A DNA stretch of 64,000 nt. Origin: a virus (Duplodnaviria; Caudoviricetes). Below, piece after piece: positions 1-8,822 of the stretch (position 1 is the stretch's first letter; each line of letters starts with the position of its first letter). The stretch covers positions 1,942 to 65,941 of the IMG/VR virus record IMGVR_UViG_3300020202_000070. The stretch is one strand, 5' to 3'. A program made the translations under genes and the position numbers. Below the pieces are notes generated by a model. That model was not told the DNA's origin. It searched no databases and was given only the letters and a program-made list of their open reading frames with translations.

Positions 1-4
1 ATCC

Positions 5-1522
5 TCACACGGCGTTGCGGACGGCGACCTTCCCCTGCACGACCGCCACACTTCCCGTGCTCAGGGTGACGGCGCACTCGACGAGCACGTCGGAGCCGGC
101 CGAGCCGCCGGCGAGCGTACACTGCACGCCCTTGCCGGCGGCGACCGTATTGCCGTCGCCGTCGATCACCGCGGCGGCCGAGAGCACCGCGGGCGTGCCG
201 GCGACGAGGCCGGAGAGCGCCTGCCCGCCCGGCCCGGAGACGACGGCCGAGCTGATGGTCGCGCCGGCGACGACCTCCGGGAAGTTGGTGAAGTCGAAGA
301 CGAACAGCACCACTTCCGTGGGCGTCTTCGTGCGCGTCAGGTAGGCCAGGCTCGCGGCACTCATCCTCGGAACCCTCTTGAAGAGCCGGCTCGTGTCGGC
401 CCGGCGGAACCGGCCGCCGGGCCGGGTCGCGACCGTCGGCGGGATCGCCCCGGCCGCCCAGCCCGTCAGCACGAGCGCCCGGCCGCGGGCGATCCAGTCC
501 GGCGGCGGCGCCTCGGCCCACGCCACGAGCACGCGGCCGGGGAGTTGCTGCGCGTCGAGGTGCAGGAGCGGCAGGCCGCGGAGGGTGAGCGCCCGGCCCT
601 CCGGCGGCGCGTGCGGCCCGGCCAGCGCGACGAGCGACACCGTCGGCCGCGGCGGCGGCGCCACCTGGACCCACGCCCGCAGGAGCGCAACGGCGCCCCC
701 CGCGGGCGGCGGGTCGGCGGGGCGGACCAGGAGCGGCCGGCCCGGCGGCGACGTGTGGAACACGACGCGCAGGGAGACGGCCCGGCCCGGCTCCGGCGGC
801 GGCTCCTCGGCGCGGGCGAAGTGCGGCCGGAGCACGTACCGGTCGGACGGCACCCGCGGCCACTGGCGGACGTAGCACCGGCCGGCGAACGGGACCGGCT
901 CCTCGGCCGCGGCCACGCGAGTCACGCCGGCGGGCTGCTGCGGGCTCAGGTCCGGCGGCGGCGACTTCGCGACGGTGGCGCGGCCGGGTGCGGGCGTTCG
1001 CACCTCGGGCGCGGCCACGAGCGCGCGGACCGGCCGCGGCGGCACCGCGAAGCCCGCGCCGGCGGGCCTCGTCACCCGGCCGCGCTCCGGGGGCGGTTCC
1101 TCGCGGGCCGCGACGGTGACGACGGTGCGGCCGGTCGGGGTCGGGCCGAACGGCGGCCGGGCGCCGCTCTTGGCGACGCGGCCCGGTTCGGGGTGCGGCT
1201 CCTCGGCCGCGGCGACGACGGGGGCGGTCGGGCGCCGGACGGGCTGCACGAGGCCCCACGGGGCCTGGGTGACGCGGCCGGGGAGCAGGTCGGGCGGCGG
1301 GTGCTCCGGCTGCCGGAAAACGCGCGCGGGGCCGGGCGGCTGCGGGACGGCGACGAACCCGCCGACGGGCGAGACGACGGCGCGGCCGGCCAGGGCGAGC
1401 GGCTCGAAGGCTTCCGTCGGGCGGAAGACGAGCACGCGGCCGGGGGCGCCCTGCGGCGTGACGGAGTCCGGCGGCGGGGCGGTGACGAGCGGGCGGCGGG
1501 GGCCGAAGACGACGCGGCGCAC
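5..1522 (-). CDS. Proline-rich repeat protein with a C-terminal ~120-aa virion structural domain (possible second start at 364)
   Basis: Repeated A-E-E-P-x-P-x-x-G-R units, then MSAASLAYLTRTKTPTEVVLFVFDF, a beta-rich domain; lies in the late operon. Confidence 0.55.
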   Translation of the reverse strand: MRRVVFGPRRPLVTAPPPDSVTPQGAPGRVLVFRPTEAFEPLALAGRAVVSPVGGFVAVPQPPGPARVFRQPEHPPPDLLPGRVTQAPWGLVQPVRRPTAPVVAAAEEPHPEPGRVAKSGARPPFGPTPTGRTVVTVAAREEPPPERGRVTRPAGAGFAVPPRPVRALVAAPEVRTPAPGRATVAKSPPPDLSPQQPAGVTRVAAAEEPVPFAGRCYVRQWPRVPSDRYVLRPHFARAEEPPPEPGRAVSLRVVFHTSPPGRPLLVRPADPPPAGGAVALLRAWVQVAPPPRPTVSLVALAGPHAPPEGRALTLRGLPLLHLDAQQLPGRVLVAWAEAPPPDWIARGRALVLTGWAAGAIPPTVATRPGGRFRRADTSRLFKRVPRMSAASLAYLTRTKTPTEVVLFVFDFTNFPEVVAGATISSAVVSGPGGQALSGLVAGTPAVLSAAAVIDGDGNTVAAGKGVQCTLAGGSAGSDVLVECAVTLSTGSVAVVQGKVAVRNAV

Positions 1523-1525
1523 GGG

Positions 1526-2098
1526 TCAGCCCTCCCCGACTTCGTCGGCCGGGGCGTAGAAGCGGACGCCGGCCGGCCCGGCGCCGGCGGCCCAGAGTTC
1601 GATCGCTCCGCCGGGATCGCCGACGGTGTCACCTTGCGGGTAATCGACCACCCCGCCCGGCGCGGTCTCAAATGTCAAAAGCAGCACGCCGGACGAGCGG
1701 CGCAGATCGACGCGGATCAAGGCCCGGTCGCCGACGCCGTAATCGCAACTGAACACCTTGCGCCCGACCAGCCGGACGCGGCCGCCGCCGGACGGCCGGA
1801 GCCGGAACAGCGGCCGGGCGAGCGGGAAGAGTCGCACGACGGCCCCGAAGTTTGCGGCCCGCGGGCCGGTCCCGTCGGTGCTGTAGGTCGGGAACGCGTC
1901 GAGCGGCTCATCGACCGGCGGGTACAGCAGCGTCAGCACGTCGGCCGGCTCCGCCCACCGCACGTACTCCGCCCGCCCGTCGTCGCGGTCCTGGAGCCAG
2001 TCGGCCAACACGAGCCGGTGCGTCCGCTCCTCCGGCTCGGCGCACATCCGCGCGAGGAAGCTGTCGAGGTCGGCGGCGTCGAGGGTGGCGAGCGGCAT
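1526..2098 (-). CDS. TIGR02996-like N-terminal domain protein
   Basis: FLARMCAEPEERTHRLVLADWLQDRDDGRAEYVR motif. Confidence 0.75.
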   Translation of the reverse strand: MPLATLDAADLDSFLARMCAEPEERTHRLVLADWLQDRDDGRAEYVRWAEPADVLTLLYPPVDEPLDAFPTYSTDGTGPRAANFGAVVRLFPLARPLFRLRPSGGGRVRLVGRKVFSCDYGVGDRALIRVDLRRSSGVLLLTFETAPGGVVDYPQGDTVGDPGGAIELWAAGAGPAGVRFYAPADEVGEG

Positions 2099-2129
2099 GG
2101 CGGAAGTATACCCTCCGCCGTCAGGCCGA
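2099..2129 (-). promoter_or_regulatory. Leaderless promoter (TCGGCC-N13-TATACT-N6-ATG)
   Basis: Near-consensus -10 element 6 nt before the ATG; same architecture at five other late loci. Confidence 0.6.
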
Positions 2130-2579
2130 GTGGCGGCCGCGGAGGGCGGCGCGGTGGTGCAGGTGGCGGGGCAGTTCCTCGTGCCGCTGAATTCGCTCGT
2201 CGTAGCGCAGGTAGTGGTCCCGCGACGCCGCCTCGGAAGGCGGGTAGAAGACCAGCTCGCCGTTCTCCTCGCGGCGGTCCCACTTCGCGACCCCTTCCGG
2301 GAGCGGGCTCTCGACGCGGAGAAGGGGGTCGGCGGCGTCGGCGTCGATCAGGTGCAGCGAGTGGACGCGGTGGTCCTCGGTGAGGACGTAGTAGAAGTAG
2401 AACGTCCGCGGCCCGCGCAGGTGCGGGTTGTACTTCGCGCCCTTGCATCGGCACTCCATCGGCAGGCCGGGGAAGACGAGCCACCGCTCGCCGCACTTCG
2501 GGCACGTCCAGTTATCGGGCGGCCCCAGGTGGTCGAAGGTGGGCGTCGGCGGGTTGAGCAGTTCGGCGGACACGCTCAC
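2121..2579 (-). CDS. Hypothetical protein with CPKC zinc knuckle
   Basis: GTG start overlapping the upstream stop; WTCPKCGERW. Confidence 0.6.
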   Translation of the reverse strand: MSVSAELLNPPTPTFDHLGPPDNWTCPKCGERWLVFPGLPMECRCKGAKYNPHLRGPRTFYFYYVLTEDHRVHSLHLIDADAADPLLRVESPLPEGVAKWDRREENGELVFYPPSEAASRDHYLRYDERIQRHEELPRHLHHRAALRGRHSA

Positions 2580-3046
2580 TCCTCCAGCGGCAGCCCGGAG
2601 ACGCCCAGACCCTCGGCGTAGAGCGCGTGAAGGACGTCGTTCCAGTAATCGCGGCGCACCCTGAGCACCGGAACGCCGTCGTCGTTCGCGAGTCCGCCCG
2701 CGGTGGCGCCGCCGAAGAGCGACGGAACGATGCGCGTGACGAGCTTCCGCTCGGTGCCGGTGAGCGTCGCCGGGTCGAGCTTCTCGGCCCTCTTCGCCCA
2801 CGCATTGAGGGCGGCCGCGACCCGTTCGGCGTCCGACCCGGCGAAGAGCACCCACTCGTCGAAGCGGTCGGTGAAGTAGACGACATGCTCGGACAGCCGC
2901 GGCAGACCGTTGCGCTGCGGGGCCGCGAACAGGTCTGGCCGGACGACATTGCGGTCGTCGTCGTGGTAGCCGGACCCCTTGACCGACTCCAGCACCTTCG
3001 CCTTCGTCCGGACGGCGTCGGCCCGTTCGACCAGCTTCGCACTCAT
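2576..3046 (-). CDS. Hypothetical phage protein (possible neck/tail completion)
   Basis: Coding-like ORF MSAKLVERADAV; position in late operon. Confidence 0.55.
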   Translation of the reverse strand: MSAKLVERADAVRTKAKVLESVKGSGYHDDDRNVVRPDLFAAPQRNGLPRLSEHVVYFTDRFDEWVLFAGSDAERVAAALNAWAKRAEKLDPATLTGTERKLVTRIVPSLFGGATAGGLANDDGVPVLRVRRDYWNDVLHALYAEGLGVSGLPLEE

Positions 3047-3165
3047 CACCGCTCCCGCTTGACTGAGATGGGGCGACCCGCACCCGCCGCTATAATGAGC
3101 GAGCCGGGCGGGTGCTGGTAACACCCGTCCGGCTCTGACCACAACCCGTATGTGAGGTACGAGTC

Positions 3166-3744
3166 ATGGCTACGAGCCAGTCTATCCCGCCCTTTCCGTC
3201 CGACATCGACCGCGACGCCTTCGGGCACTGGCTGTCGGGCTTCACCGACGGCGAGGGCAACTTCAAGCTCACCTGGCACCGCACCAAGCCGCGCGGCCCA
3301 CGCGGCACGATCTACACTGTGCCCGGTGCGCGATTCGAGATCGGCGTGCGGGACGACGACTCTGCGGTCATCGAACTGATCCGGTCCTACTTCGGCGTCG
3401 GCCGCCTGGCAACGCGACCGGCCAGGGGCAACCACAAGCCGCTCATTCGGATCATGGTCGCCAGCGCCGCCGATCTCATGGCCGTCGTCGTCCCGCACTT
3501 CGACCGCTTCCCGCTGAGGGCGAAGAAGCGGCGAGATTACGAACTCTGGCGACGGGGCGTCGCACTACTCCACTCCGTTCTCATCCGCCCGTCGATCCCG
3601 CGGACCGACGGCATTCGGGGCACGCGTCCGAAGTGGACGCAGGACGAGCGAGAAGAGTTTCACCGCCTCTTTCTCGCAGTGAAGGCGGTCCGCGAGTACC
3701 CGTGCGCGCCTACTCCTCGCCGACCAGCCCCCCGCTGTAGTTGA
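3166..3744 (+). CDS. Free-standing LAGLIDADG homing endonuclease (single motif)
   Basis: WLSGFTDGEGNF motif; IRSYFGVG; VVPHFDRFPLRAKKRRDYELW. Confidence 0.9.
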   Translation: MATSQSIPPFPSDIDRDAFGHWLSGFTDGEGNFKLTWHRTKPRGPRGTIYTVPGARFEIGVRDDDSAVIELIRSYFGVGRLATRPARGNHKPLIRIMVASAADLMAVVVPHFDRFPLRAKKRRDYELWRRGVALLHSVLIRPSIPRTDGIRGTRPKWTQDEREEFHRLFLAVKAVREYPCAPTPRRPAPRCS

Positions 3745-4234
3745 CGTTATTCGGGCTGGTGATGCGGAGCACGCACCCCTGGGCGCCGATGACGATGAAG
3801 GGCGAGGCGAACGGGAACATCTTCACCAAGCACCCGTTGTACTGGCCTACGTCGAGCGACTGCTGGAGCGTCAGTGCCGTCGGCTCGGTCGTCCACGTCT
3901 TCGCCGCGGTGGCCTGAATGGTTTCCGCGCGGCCCGTGTCGCGCTTGGGCGGCGTCACGCTCGTGGAGTTCGTGCCCGGCGGGTTCGCTCCGAACGTGCT
4001 CTGCATGAATTCGCAAACGGCCGGCGCGTTCGTGCTCGTGGCGCCGTCGAAGCTGATCGACAGTTCCGTGACCTTGACGCACACGTTGGTCGCGGCCTTG
4101 ATGCCGACGACGCTCTTCGCGGTCGTCGCGGTGAGGGCCACGGTCGTGGCCGGCACGTCGAACTGGTTGTGGGCGCCGCGGCAGAGCACTGCGGCGAGGA
4201 CGATCACGAGCAGTGTTGCCACGACGACGGTCAT
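3710..4234 (-). CDS. Putative virion structural protein
   Basis: Thr/Ala-rich beta-type sequence downstream of the capsid gene. Confidence 0.6.
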   Translation of the reverse strand: MTVVVATLLVIVLAAVLCRGAHNQFDVPATTVALTATTAKSVVGIKAATNVCVKVTELSISFDGATSTNAPAVCEFMQSTFGANPPGTNSTSVTPPKRDTGRAETIQATAAKTWTTEPTALTLQQSLDVGQYNGCLVKMFPFASPFIVIGAQGCVLRITSPNNVNYSGGLVGEE

Positions 4235-4252
4235 CGGAAACTCCTTAAATGG

Positions 4253-4831
4253 TCACTCGGTAAAAATCGGGTCGGTCGGCTGTTCGGCGCGGCGGCAGAC
4301 GGTCTGGACGCCGGGCTTCGCGCCGGCGGCGGCCTCGGTGTAGTACACCGTGACCCGCACGTGGTCGACCCGCGCCGTCCCGCCGCTCGCCCCGCCCTGC
4401 GCCGCGATCGCCGCCCCGAAGCCCGCGTCGTTGACGTCCGCGGCGGTCCAGGTCAGCCCCCACAGGTCCGCCACGCCGCCGTAGCTCCGGTAGGCCTCCA
4501 GCGAAGGCCAGTTGCCGGCCGCCGACTTGTCGTCCCCGCCGGCCACGCCGCCCTTGACGATCTGGACGGCGGCGTCGGAAATCGTGTCGGACACCAAGCT
4601 GCACGACCGCTCGATCTCGACCGCGATGCCGTCGATCGTGGCGCCGCCGGGGACCGCAAACCCGAAGCTCGTCGCCTTCAGAAAGCGGGACGAGTCGGAG
4701 GGCGCCAGCACGACCGTTGCCCGGCTGTCGTCGGAGGCGAAGCAGTTGGTCGGGTCGGACCAGTTGTTGGCCCCTGGCCCGCCCGAATTCCCGGTCGCCG
4801 CGGCGGGCGAGTTCGGCCCCTCGCTCGGCAC
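4253..4831 (-). CDS. Putative virion structural protein (jelly-roll/CBM-like)
   Basis: FGFAVPGGATIDGIAVEIER...YGGVADLWGLTWTAADVN motif common in phage structural proteins. Confidence 0.65.
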   Translation of the reverse strand: MPSEGPNSPAAATGNSGGPGANNWSDPTNCFASDDSRATVVLAPSDSSRFLKATSFGFAVPGGATIDGIAVEIERSCSLVSDTISDAAVQIVKGGVAGGDDKSAAGNWPSLEAYRSYGGVADLWGLTWTAADVNDAGFGAAIAAQGGASGGTARVDHVRVTVYYTEAAAGAKPGVQTVCRRAEQPTDPIFTE

Positions 4832-4834
4832 GGC

Positions 4835-5164
4835 TTACGACCCCGCCGGGACTTTGTCGTACACCACGTACCCGCCGACCGTCGTCCCGCCGGCGGACAG
4901 GAACAGGTTGAGCGCCTCGCCGGGCTCGGTCTCGAACTGCGCCGGCTGCTTGGCGGGCAGCGGCGGCAGGGCCGGGGACGGCGCCACGACGCCGGCGGCG
5001 CCGTAGACGAAGCCCGTCTTGTCGGTCGAGGCGCTCCGCCACTTCGCGTTCACGCTCCCGCTGAAGGCGAGCAGGAACGCGATCACGCGGTACTTGTACC
5101 CGGCGGCCGCGGCGACGATCTCGTTGTTGCCGTTGGAGGCGGCGGCGAGCGCAACGGTGATCAT
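4835..5164 (-). CDS. Putative virion structural protein
   Basis: Coding-like ORF coupled to the upstream gene. Confidence 0.6.
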   Translation of the reverse strand: MITVALAAASNGNNEIVAAAAGYKYRVIAFLLAFSGSVNAKWRSASTDKTGFVYGAAGVVAPSPALPPLPAKQPAQFETEPGEALNLFLSAGGTTVGGYVVYDKVPAGS

Positions 5165-5403
5165 CACGCCCTCCCCCGCGACCGGACGGTCCACGGCGCC
5201 GACAGCTTGTTAATGAGGTCCGTCAGGTCCTGGATCGCCTTCGTCTTGGAGTCGAGCCAGCCGTTCCAGTCGTAGCTCTCGCCGTCCACGCTGAAGGTCG
5301 GCGGGCAGCCGGCCGCCACCCAGGCCGCCGTCTGGGCTTTCACGACCGCGATCAGGTTGGATCGCGTCGTCCGCAGGTCGGCCACGTCTTGCGCGTTCGC
5401 CAC
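5164..5403 (-). CDS. Putative head-tail adaptor (gpW-like)
   Basis: 79 aa helix-hairpin-helix pattern (PTFSVDGESYDW) just downstream of the capsid gene. Confidence 0.6.
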   Translation of the reverse strand: MANAQDVADLRTTRSNLIAVVKAQTAAWVAAGCPPTFSVDGESYDWNGWLDSKTKAIQDLTDLINKLSAPWTVRSRGRA

Positions 5404-5435
5404 GACTCACCTCGTCCGGGTGCGGGCGTCCGCAC

Positions 5436-5819
5436 CTACCGCGCGGCCTCGGGCTCCGGCACCGCCCCGTCGAAGCCGCACACCCCGCACCGCGCGTCGG
5501 CCTCGGCCTCCTCGATCGCGGGCTCGTGCTGCGAGCTGCGGACGCCGGTGACGCGCTTGAACGCCTCGAACGGGTGCTCGCCGGGCCGCGGCTCGACGAC
5601 GGCCGCCGGGCCGTCCGGGAGGCTCACGCGGTACTTCCGGCCGCCGGCGTACTCGCGCGGGGCCGCGGCCTTCAGCCGCGCGTTCTCCTCGCGGAGCCGG
5701 GCGATCTCCTCGTCGCGCGGGTCGGCCGCCGCCGGCGTCGGCGCGGCGAAGTCCGCCGGCGTGACGTCGTCGGCCGGTCCGGTCGTGCTCGCGGCCGGCT
5801 TCCTGTCTCGCTTCGCCAT
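5436..5819 (-). CDS. Hypothetical protein following the major capsid gene
   Basis: ORF with coiled coil DEEIARLREENARLK. Confidence 0.6.
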   Translation of the reverse strand: MAKRDRKPAASTTGPADDVTPADFAAPTPAAADPRDEEIARLREENARLKAAAPREYAGGRKYRVSLPDGPAAVVEPRPGEHPFEAFKRVTGVRSSQHEPAIEEAEADARCGVCGFDGAVPEPEAAR

Positions 5820-5844
5820 CGCGTCTCTCGCTCACCGGGGGAGG

Positions 5845-5868
5845 GCCGCACGCGCCCGCGCGTGCGGC
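5845..5868 (-). terminator. GC-rich hairpin after the capsid gene (terminator or mRNA stabiliser)
   Basis: GCCGCACGCG-CCCG-CGCGTGCGGC; no U-tract. Confidence 0.35.
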
Positions 5869-5878
5869 GGGCGGGTCG

Positions 5879-7213
5879 TTACGCCTTCGAGCGGACCACG
5901 CGGCGGGGATCCTTCCACGCCGGCACGCCGCGCTCGTCGGCCTTCGTGTACATCACGACGCCGCGGTCGATCAGATCGACCTGGTTCGGGGCGGCCGACT
6001 GCGTCCGCAGCGGCCAGTTCTGCACGTACACGTGGGTCTTGGGGCCGCTCTCGAACATGAACCACAGCTTGCCGGAGGCGTCGGCCGACAGGTTGAGGCC
6101 GTCGGCCGCCCGTGCCCGCTGGTAGACGAGCGGGCTCTCCATCACCGTGAACTTGCCCTTGTACGCCGGGTCGGCGATGTTGATCTGGTGCGCGCTCGAC
6201 GTCGCGTCGCGGAACTGGTAGCCCTGCGCCGTCGGCCCCAGGATCGTCATGGCCGTCCGCGTCTTCTCGCGGTTGACCAGGATGCAGTTGGGGTTGATGA
6301 GGATGCGCGTCCCGGTGTCCGGGTCGGTCATGTCGCGGAACTTGATGAGCACGTTCTCGACGTCGTCCTCGTGCAACAGCTCGTTGCCGGAGGTGATGTC
6401 GTTGTCGTAGTAGCCGGCGGCGATGTACGTGTTGTAGCTCGTGCCCTTGTAGTTGTAGCTGTTGGTGACGCCGATGAACGAGTCGATGATCCGCAGCTCC
6501 TTGCGGTAGCCGAGCCACTCGCCGACGCCGGCGGCGCCGGCGTGTTCGGCGAGCTGTCCGCCGGTGAGGTCGAGGAAGAGCGCCTCCTGCGTGATCTCGC
6601 AGGACAGGCTGTGCTCGACCGTCCGCGGCTGGGTGATCCACCGCTCGCCGACCTGGACGCGCTTGGTCGGCATGCCCGGCTGCCGCTCCTCGGCCCCGTC
6701 GCCGATGCGCGACACGCCGATCGTCTTGCGGCCCTCGAACTGCTTCGACGGCTCGACCGGCGCGAGCTTCTCGCCGATGAACTCCGGGTTCTGGTACGCT
6801 TCGAGGATCGCGACTTCCAGGAGGCCGCTGCCCACCGCGGTGAACGCGTTGATGTTCGCGAACGCCGAGGCCATGACGGCGCCGGCGCCGTTGTCCTCGA
6901 GCAGCGACCGCTCCCAGCCGAGGTCGGCCTCGAGGAGCGGGCGCAGCGTGCCGAAGGCCCGGAGCTGGCGGACGGTGAGGTCGCCGTCGTCGCCGCAGAG
7001 CGCCTCCATCAGGCCGCGCACGCTGATCTCGTCGGGCCGCAGCCGCGGCTGGCCCGGCGCCGGGTCGCGCAGCTCGCGGTTGCCGCCGCGGCCGTAGTGG
7101 TAGCGGCCGGCGGGGTCGGTCAGCCCCAGGAGGTGCGTGATCCGCCGGCCGAACGAGCGGGCGTCGCCGCCGTGGCTCTCGAGCAGGTTGCGGAAGCCGG
7201 TCTTCGTAATCAC
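5879..7213 (-). CDS. Major capsid protein (HK97 fold)
   Basis: 444 aa; follows protease and decoration genes; ITQEALFLDLTGGQL and DERGVPAWKDPRRVVRS capsid-like motifs. Confidence 0.85.
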   Translation of the reverse strand: MITKTGFRNLLESHGGDARSFGRRITHLLGLTDPAGRYHYGRGGNRELRDPAPGQPRLRPDEISVRGLMEALCGDDGDLTVRQLRAFGTLRPLLEADLGWERSLLEDNGAGAVMASAFANINAFTAVGSGLLEVAILEAYQNPEFIGEKLAPVEPSKQFEGRKTIGVSRIGDGAEERQPGMPTKRVQVGERWITQPRTVEHSLSCEITQEALFLDLTGGQLAEHAGAAGVGEWLGYRKELRIIDSFIGVTNSYNYKGTSYNTYIAAGYYDNDITSGNELLHEDDVENVLIKFRDMTDPDTGTRILINPNCILVNREKTRTAMTILGPTAQGYQFRDATSSAHQINIADPAYKGKFTVMESPLVYQRARAADGLNLSADASGKLWFMFESGPKTHVYVQNWPLRTQSAAPNQVDLIDRGVVMYTKADERGVPAWKDPRRVVRSKA

Positions 7214-7425
7214 GGTACGCTCTCCGTGGGCGGTTCGGTCGGTCCCTGCTCGTCCTCGCCGGCGCCGGCCTGGTCCTTCGCGGCCAGCGCGGCGGTCACG
7301 ATCTTGTTCTGCGCCTCCAGCTCCTCGACCCGGCGGCGGGCGCGGTCGAGTTCAAGCCGGAGCTGGCGGATCTCCACCGCCTGCTCGCCGATCTGCATCA
7401 CCAGCACGTGCGGGGTCACGTTCAC
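7210..7425 (-). CDS. Small coiled-coil protein
   Basis: ORF whose stop overlaps the capsid start. Confidence 0.45.
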   Translation of the reverse strand: MNVTPHVLVMQIGEQAVEIRQLRLELDRARRRVEELEAQNKIVTAALAAKDQAGAGEDEQGPTEPPTESVP

Positions 7426-7597
7426 GTTCGGCCCTTTCCCGCTGGCGGGCGACGACCGCGGCCAGCTTCCCCAGGTACTCCTCGACCAGTGCCGCCTGCT
7501 CGGCGGTCATGGGCGGGGCGGTCGCGTCGGCGTCGTGGGCGATCACCATGCCCGCCAGCCCGCCCAGCCCGTTGACCAGCCACCGCCACGCGTTCAT
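7352..7597 (-). CDS. Small hypothetical protein
   Basis: ATG 4 nt after the upstream stop. Confidence 0.4.
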   Translation of the reverse strand: MNAWRWLVNGLGGLAGMVIAHDADATAPPMTAEQAALVEEYLGKLAAVVARQRERAERERDPARAGDADRRAGGGDPPAPA

Positions 7598-7601
7598 GGC
7601 G

Positions 7602-8759
7602 TTAGCCCACCAGGCCGAGGGCCTGGAGGTCGTCGATCACCGCGTTGAGCGCCTGCTTGATGTCCGTCACTTCCGCCAGGAACTCCTGGAAGTTGTTCAT
7701 GATCGCGCCGGACACGTCGCCGCCCATCGTGTTGCCGACCGTTTCGAGCGCGCCGTTGGCCGTGCCGCCGAGCGTGCCGACCGTGATGATCGCCGCGAGC
7801 GTCTTGTCCGCCGTCGAGTACGTCTGCGTGTACGCGGACGGCTGGACCACCGGCGTGGCGTTGAAGAAGCCGAGCTTCTGTGAGGTCGCCGTGCCGATCT
7901 TCGTGCCGGTCGTCGCGTTGACCGCGATGTTGAACGCGTCCTTGAGCGTGAGCAACCCGGCGGCCAGCGTCATCTCGGTCGCGCCGTCGAGCTGGAACAA
8001 GAGGCCGCCGGAGGCGACGTTGATCTTGGCGTTGGTCGCGTCGTGGTTGCCGATCTCCATGTAGTCGGTGGCCGGCGTCGTGTTCGAGTGGATGGCGACG
8101 GTCGGGTGCGTCTTGGCGGCGACGTTCCAGTCGGTCGCCTTCGCGCCCACGTCGGTGACGTGCAGGGTCTGGTTCGTGTCACCGAGCGCGAGCACCGAGC
8201 TGTGGTTGTCGGCGTCGGCGGTGGACCAGAGGAGCTGGAAGTCCGACGAGTCGCCCATCGCGAAGGCGTCGTCGTCGCCGTAGCTGCCGGCCAGGATGGC
8301 GCGGACCGCCTGCGGCGTGTACCGCGAGATCAGGCGCACCCACACGCTCGTGATCGACGTGCCGGCCTCGACGCAGTAGCCGATGGCGAGACTGGGGTCG
8401 GTGACCTTCTCGACCTGCTGGTTTTCCAGGCCGTCGCCGCCGGAGTTCTCGCTGGCGCCCACGAGGTCGCCGACCGCCCAGGTGGTCGAGGGGCAGGTGA
8501 CCTTCACGACGGCGTCGGTGCGGACGGTGCGGGTGGCCGTGCCGGTCTCGGTCGAGAGCCGCTGGTCGGCCGCGAGGCCGAGGAACAGGCTCGCGAAGAG
8601 CGCCTGGTTGAGGGCCTCGGTGCCCTGGTCGGCCTGCGCGCTGGCTTTGGCGGCGACGCCGGAGTTGTTGTAAAGCAGGTCGTTGGCCGCGATCGCCGTG
8701 GCGCTCGGGAAGGTGAACTTGATCGTCTTGTCATCGACCTTGAACGCCTCGACGGTCAT
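7602..8759 (-). CDS. Capsid decoration/cement protein with head-fibre-like C-terminus
   Basis: Between scaffold and capsid; C-terminal KLGFFNATPVVQP and LNAVIDDLQALGLV. Confidence 0.7.
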   Translation of the reverse strand: MTVEAFKVDDKTIKFTFPSATAIAANDLLYNNSGVAAKASAQADQGTEALNQALFASLFLGLAADQRLSTETGTATRTVRTDAVVKVTCPSTTWAVGDLVGASENSGGDGLENQQVEKVTDPSLAIGYCVEAGTSITSVWVRLISRYTPQAVRAILAGSYGDDDAFAMGDSSDFQLLWSTADADNHSSVLALGDTNQTLHVTDVGAKATDWNVAAKTHPTVAIHSNTTPATDYMEIGNHDATNAKINVASGGLLFQLDGATEMTLAAGLLTLKDAFNIAVNATTGTKIGTATSQKLGFFNATPVVQPSAYTQTYSTADKTLAAIITVGTLGGTANGALETVGNTMGGDVSGAIMNNFQEFLAEVTDIKQALNAVIDDLQALGLVG

Positions 8760-8822
8760 GGCTCAGCTCCTCGGCCGGCGGGTTCGGGTGTGGGGCGGCC
8801 GCACGCGGCGGGCGCGCGGGGT

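Noticed and set aside
3059-3096. TTGACT...TATAAT as a complete sigma70 promoter
   Set aside because: The spacing is 26 nt, too long; only the -10 element is credible.
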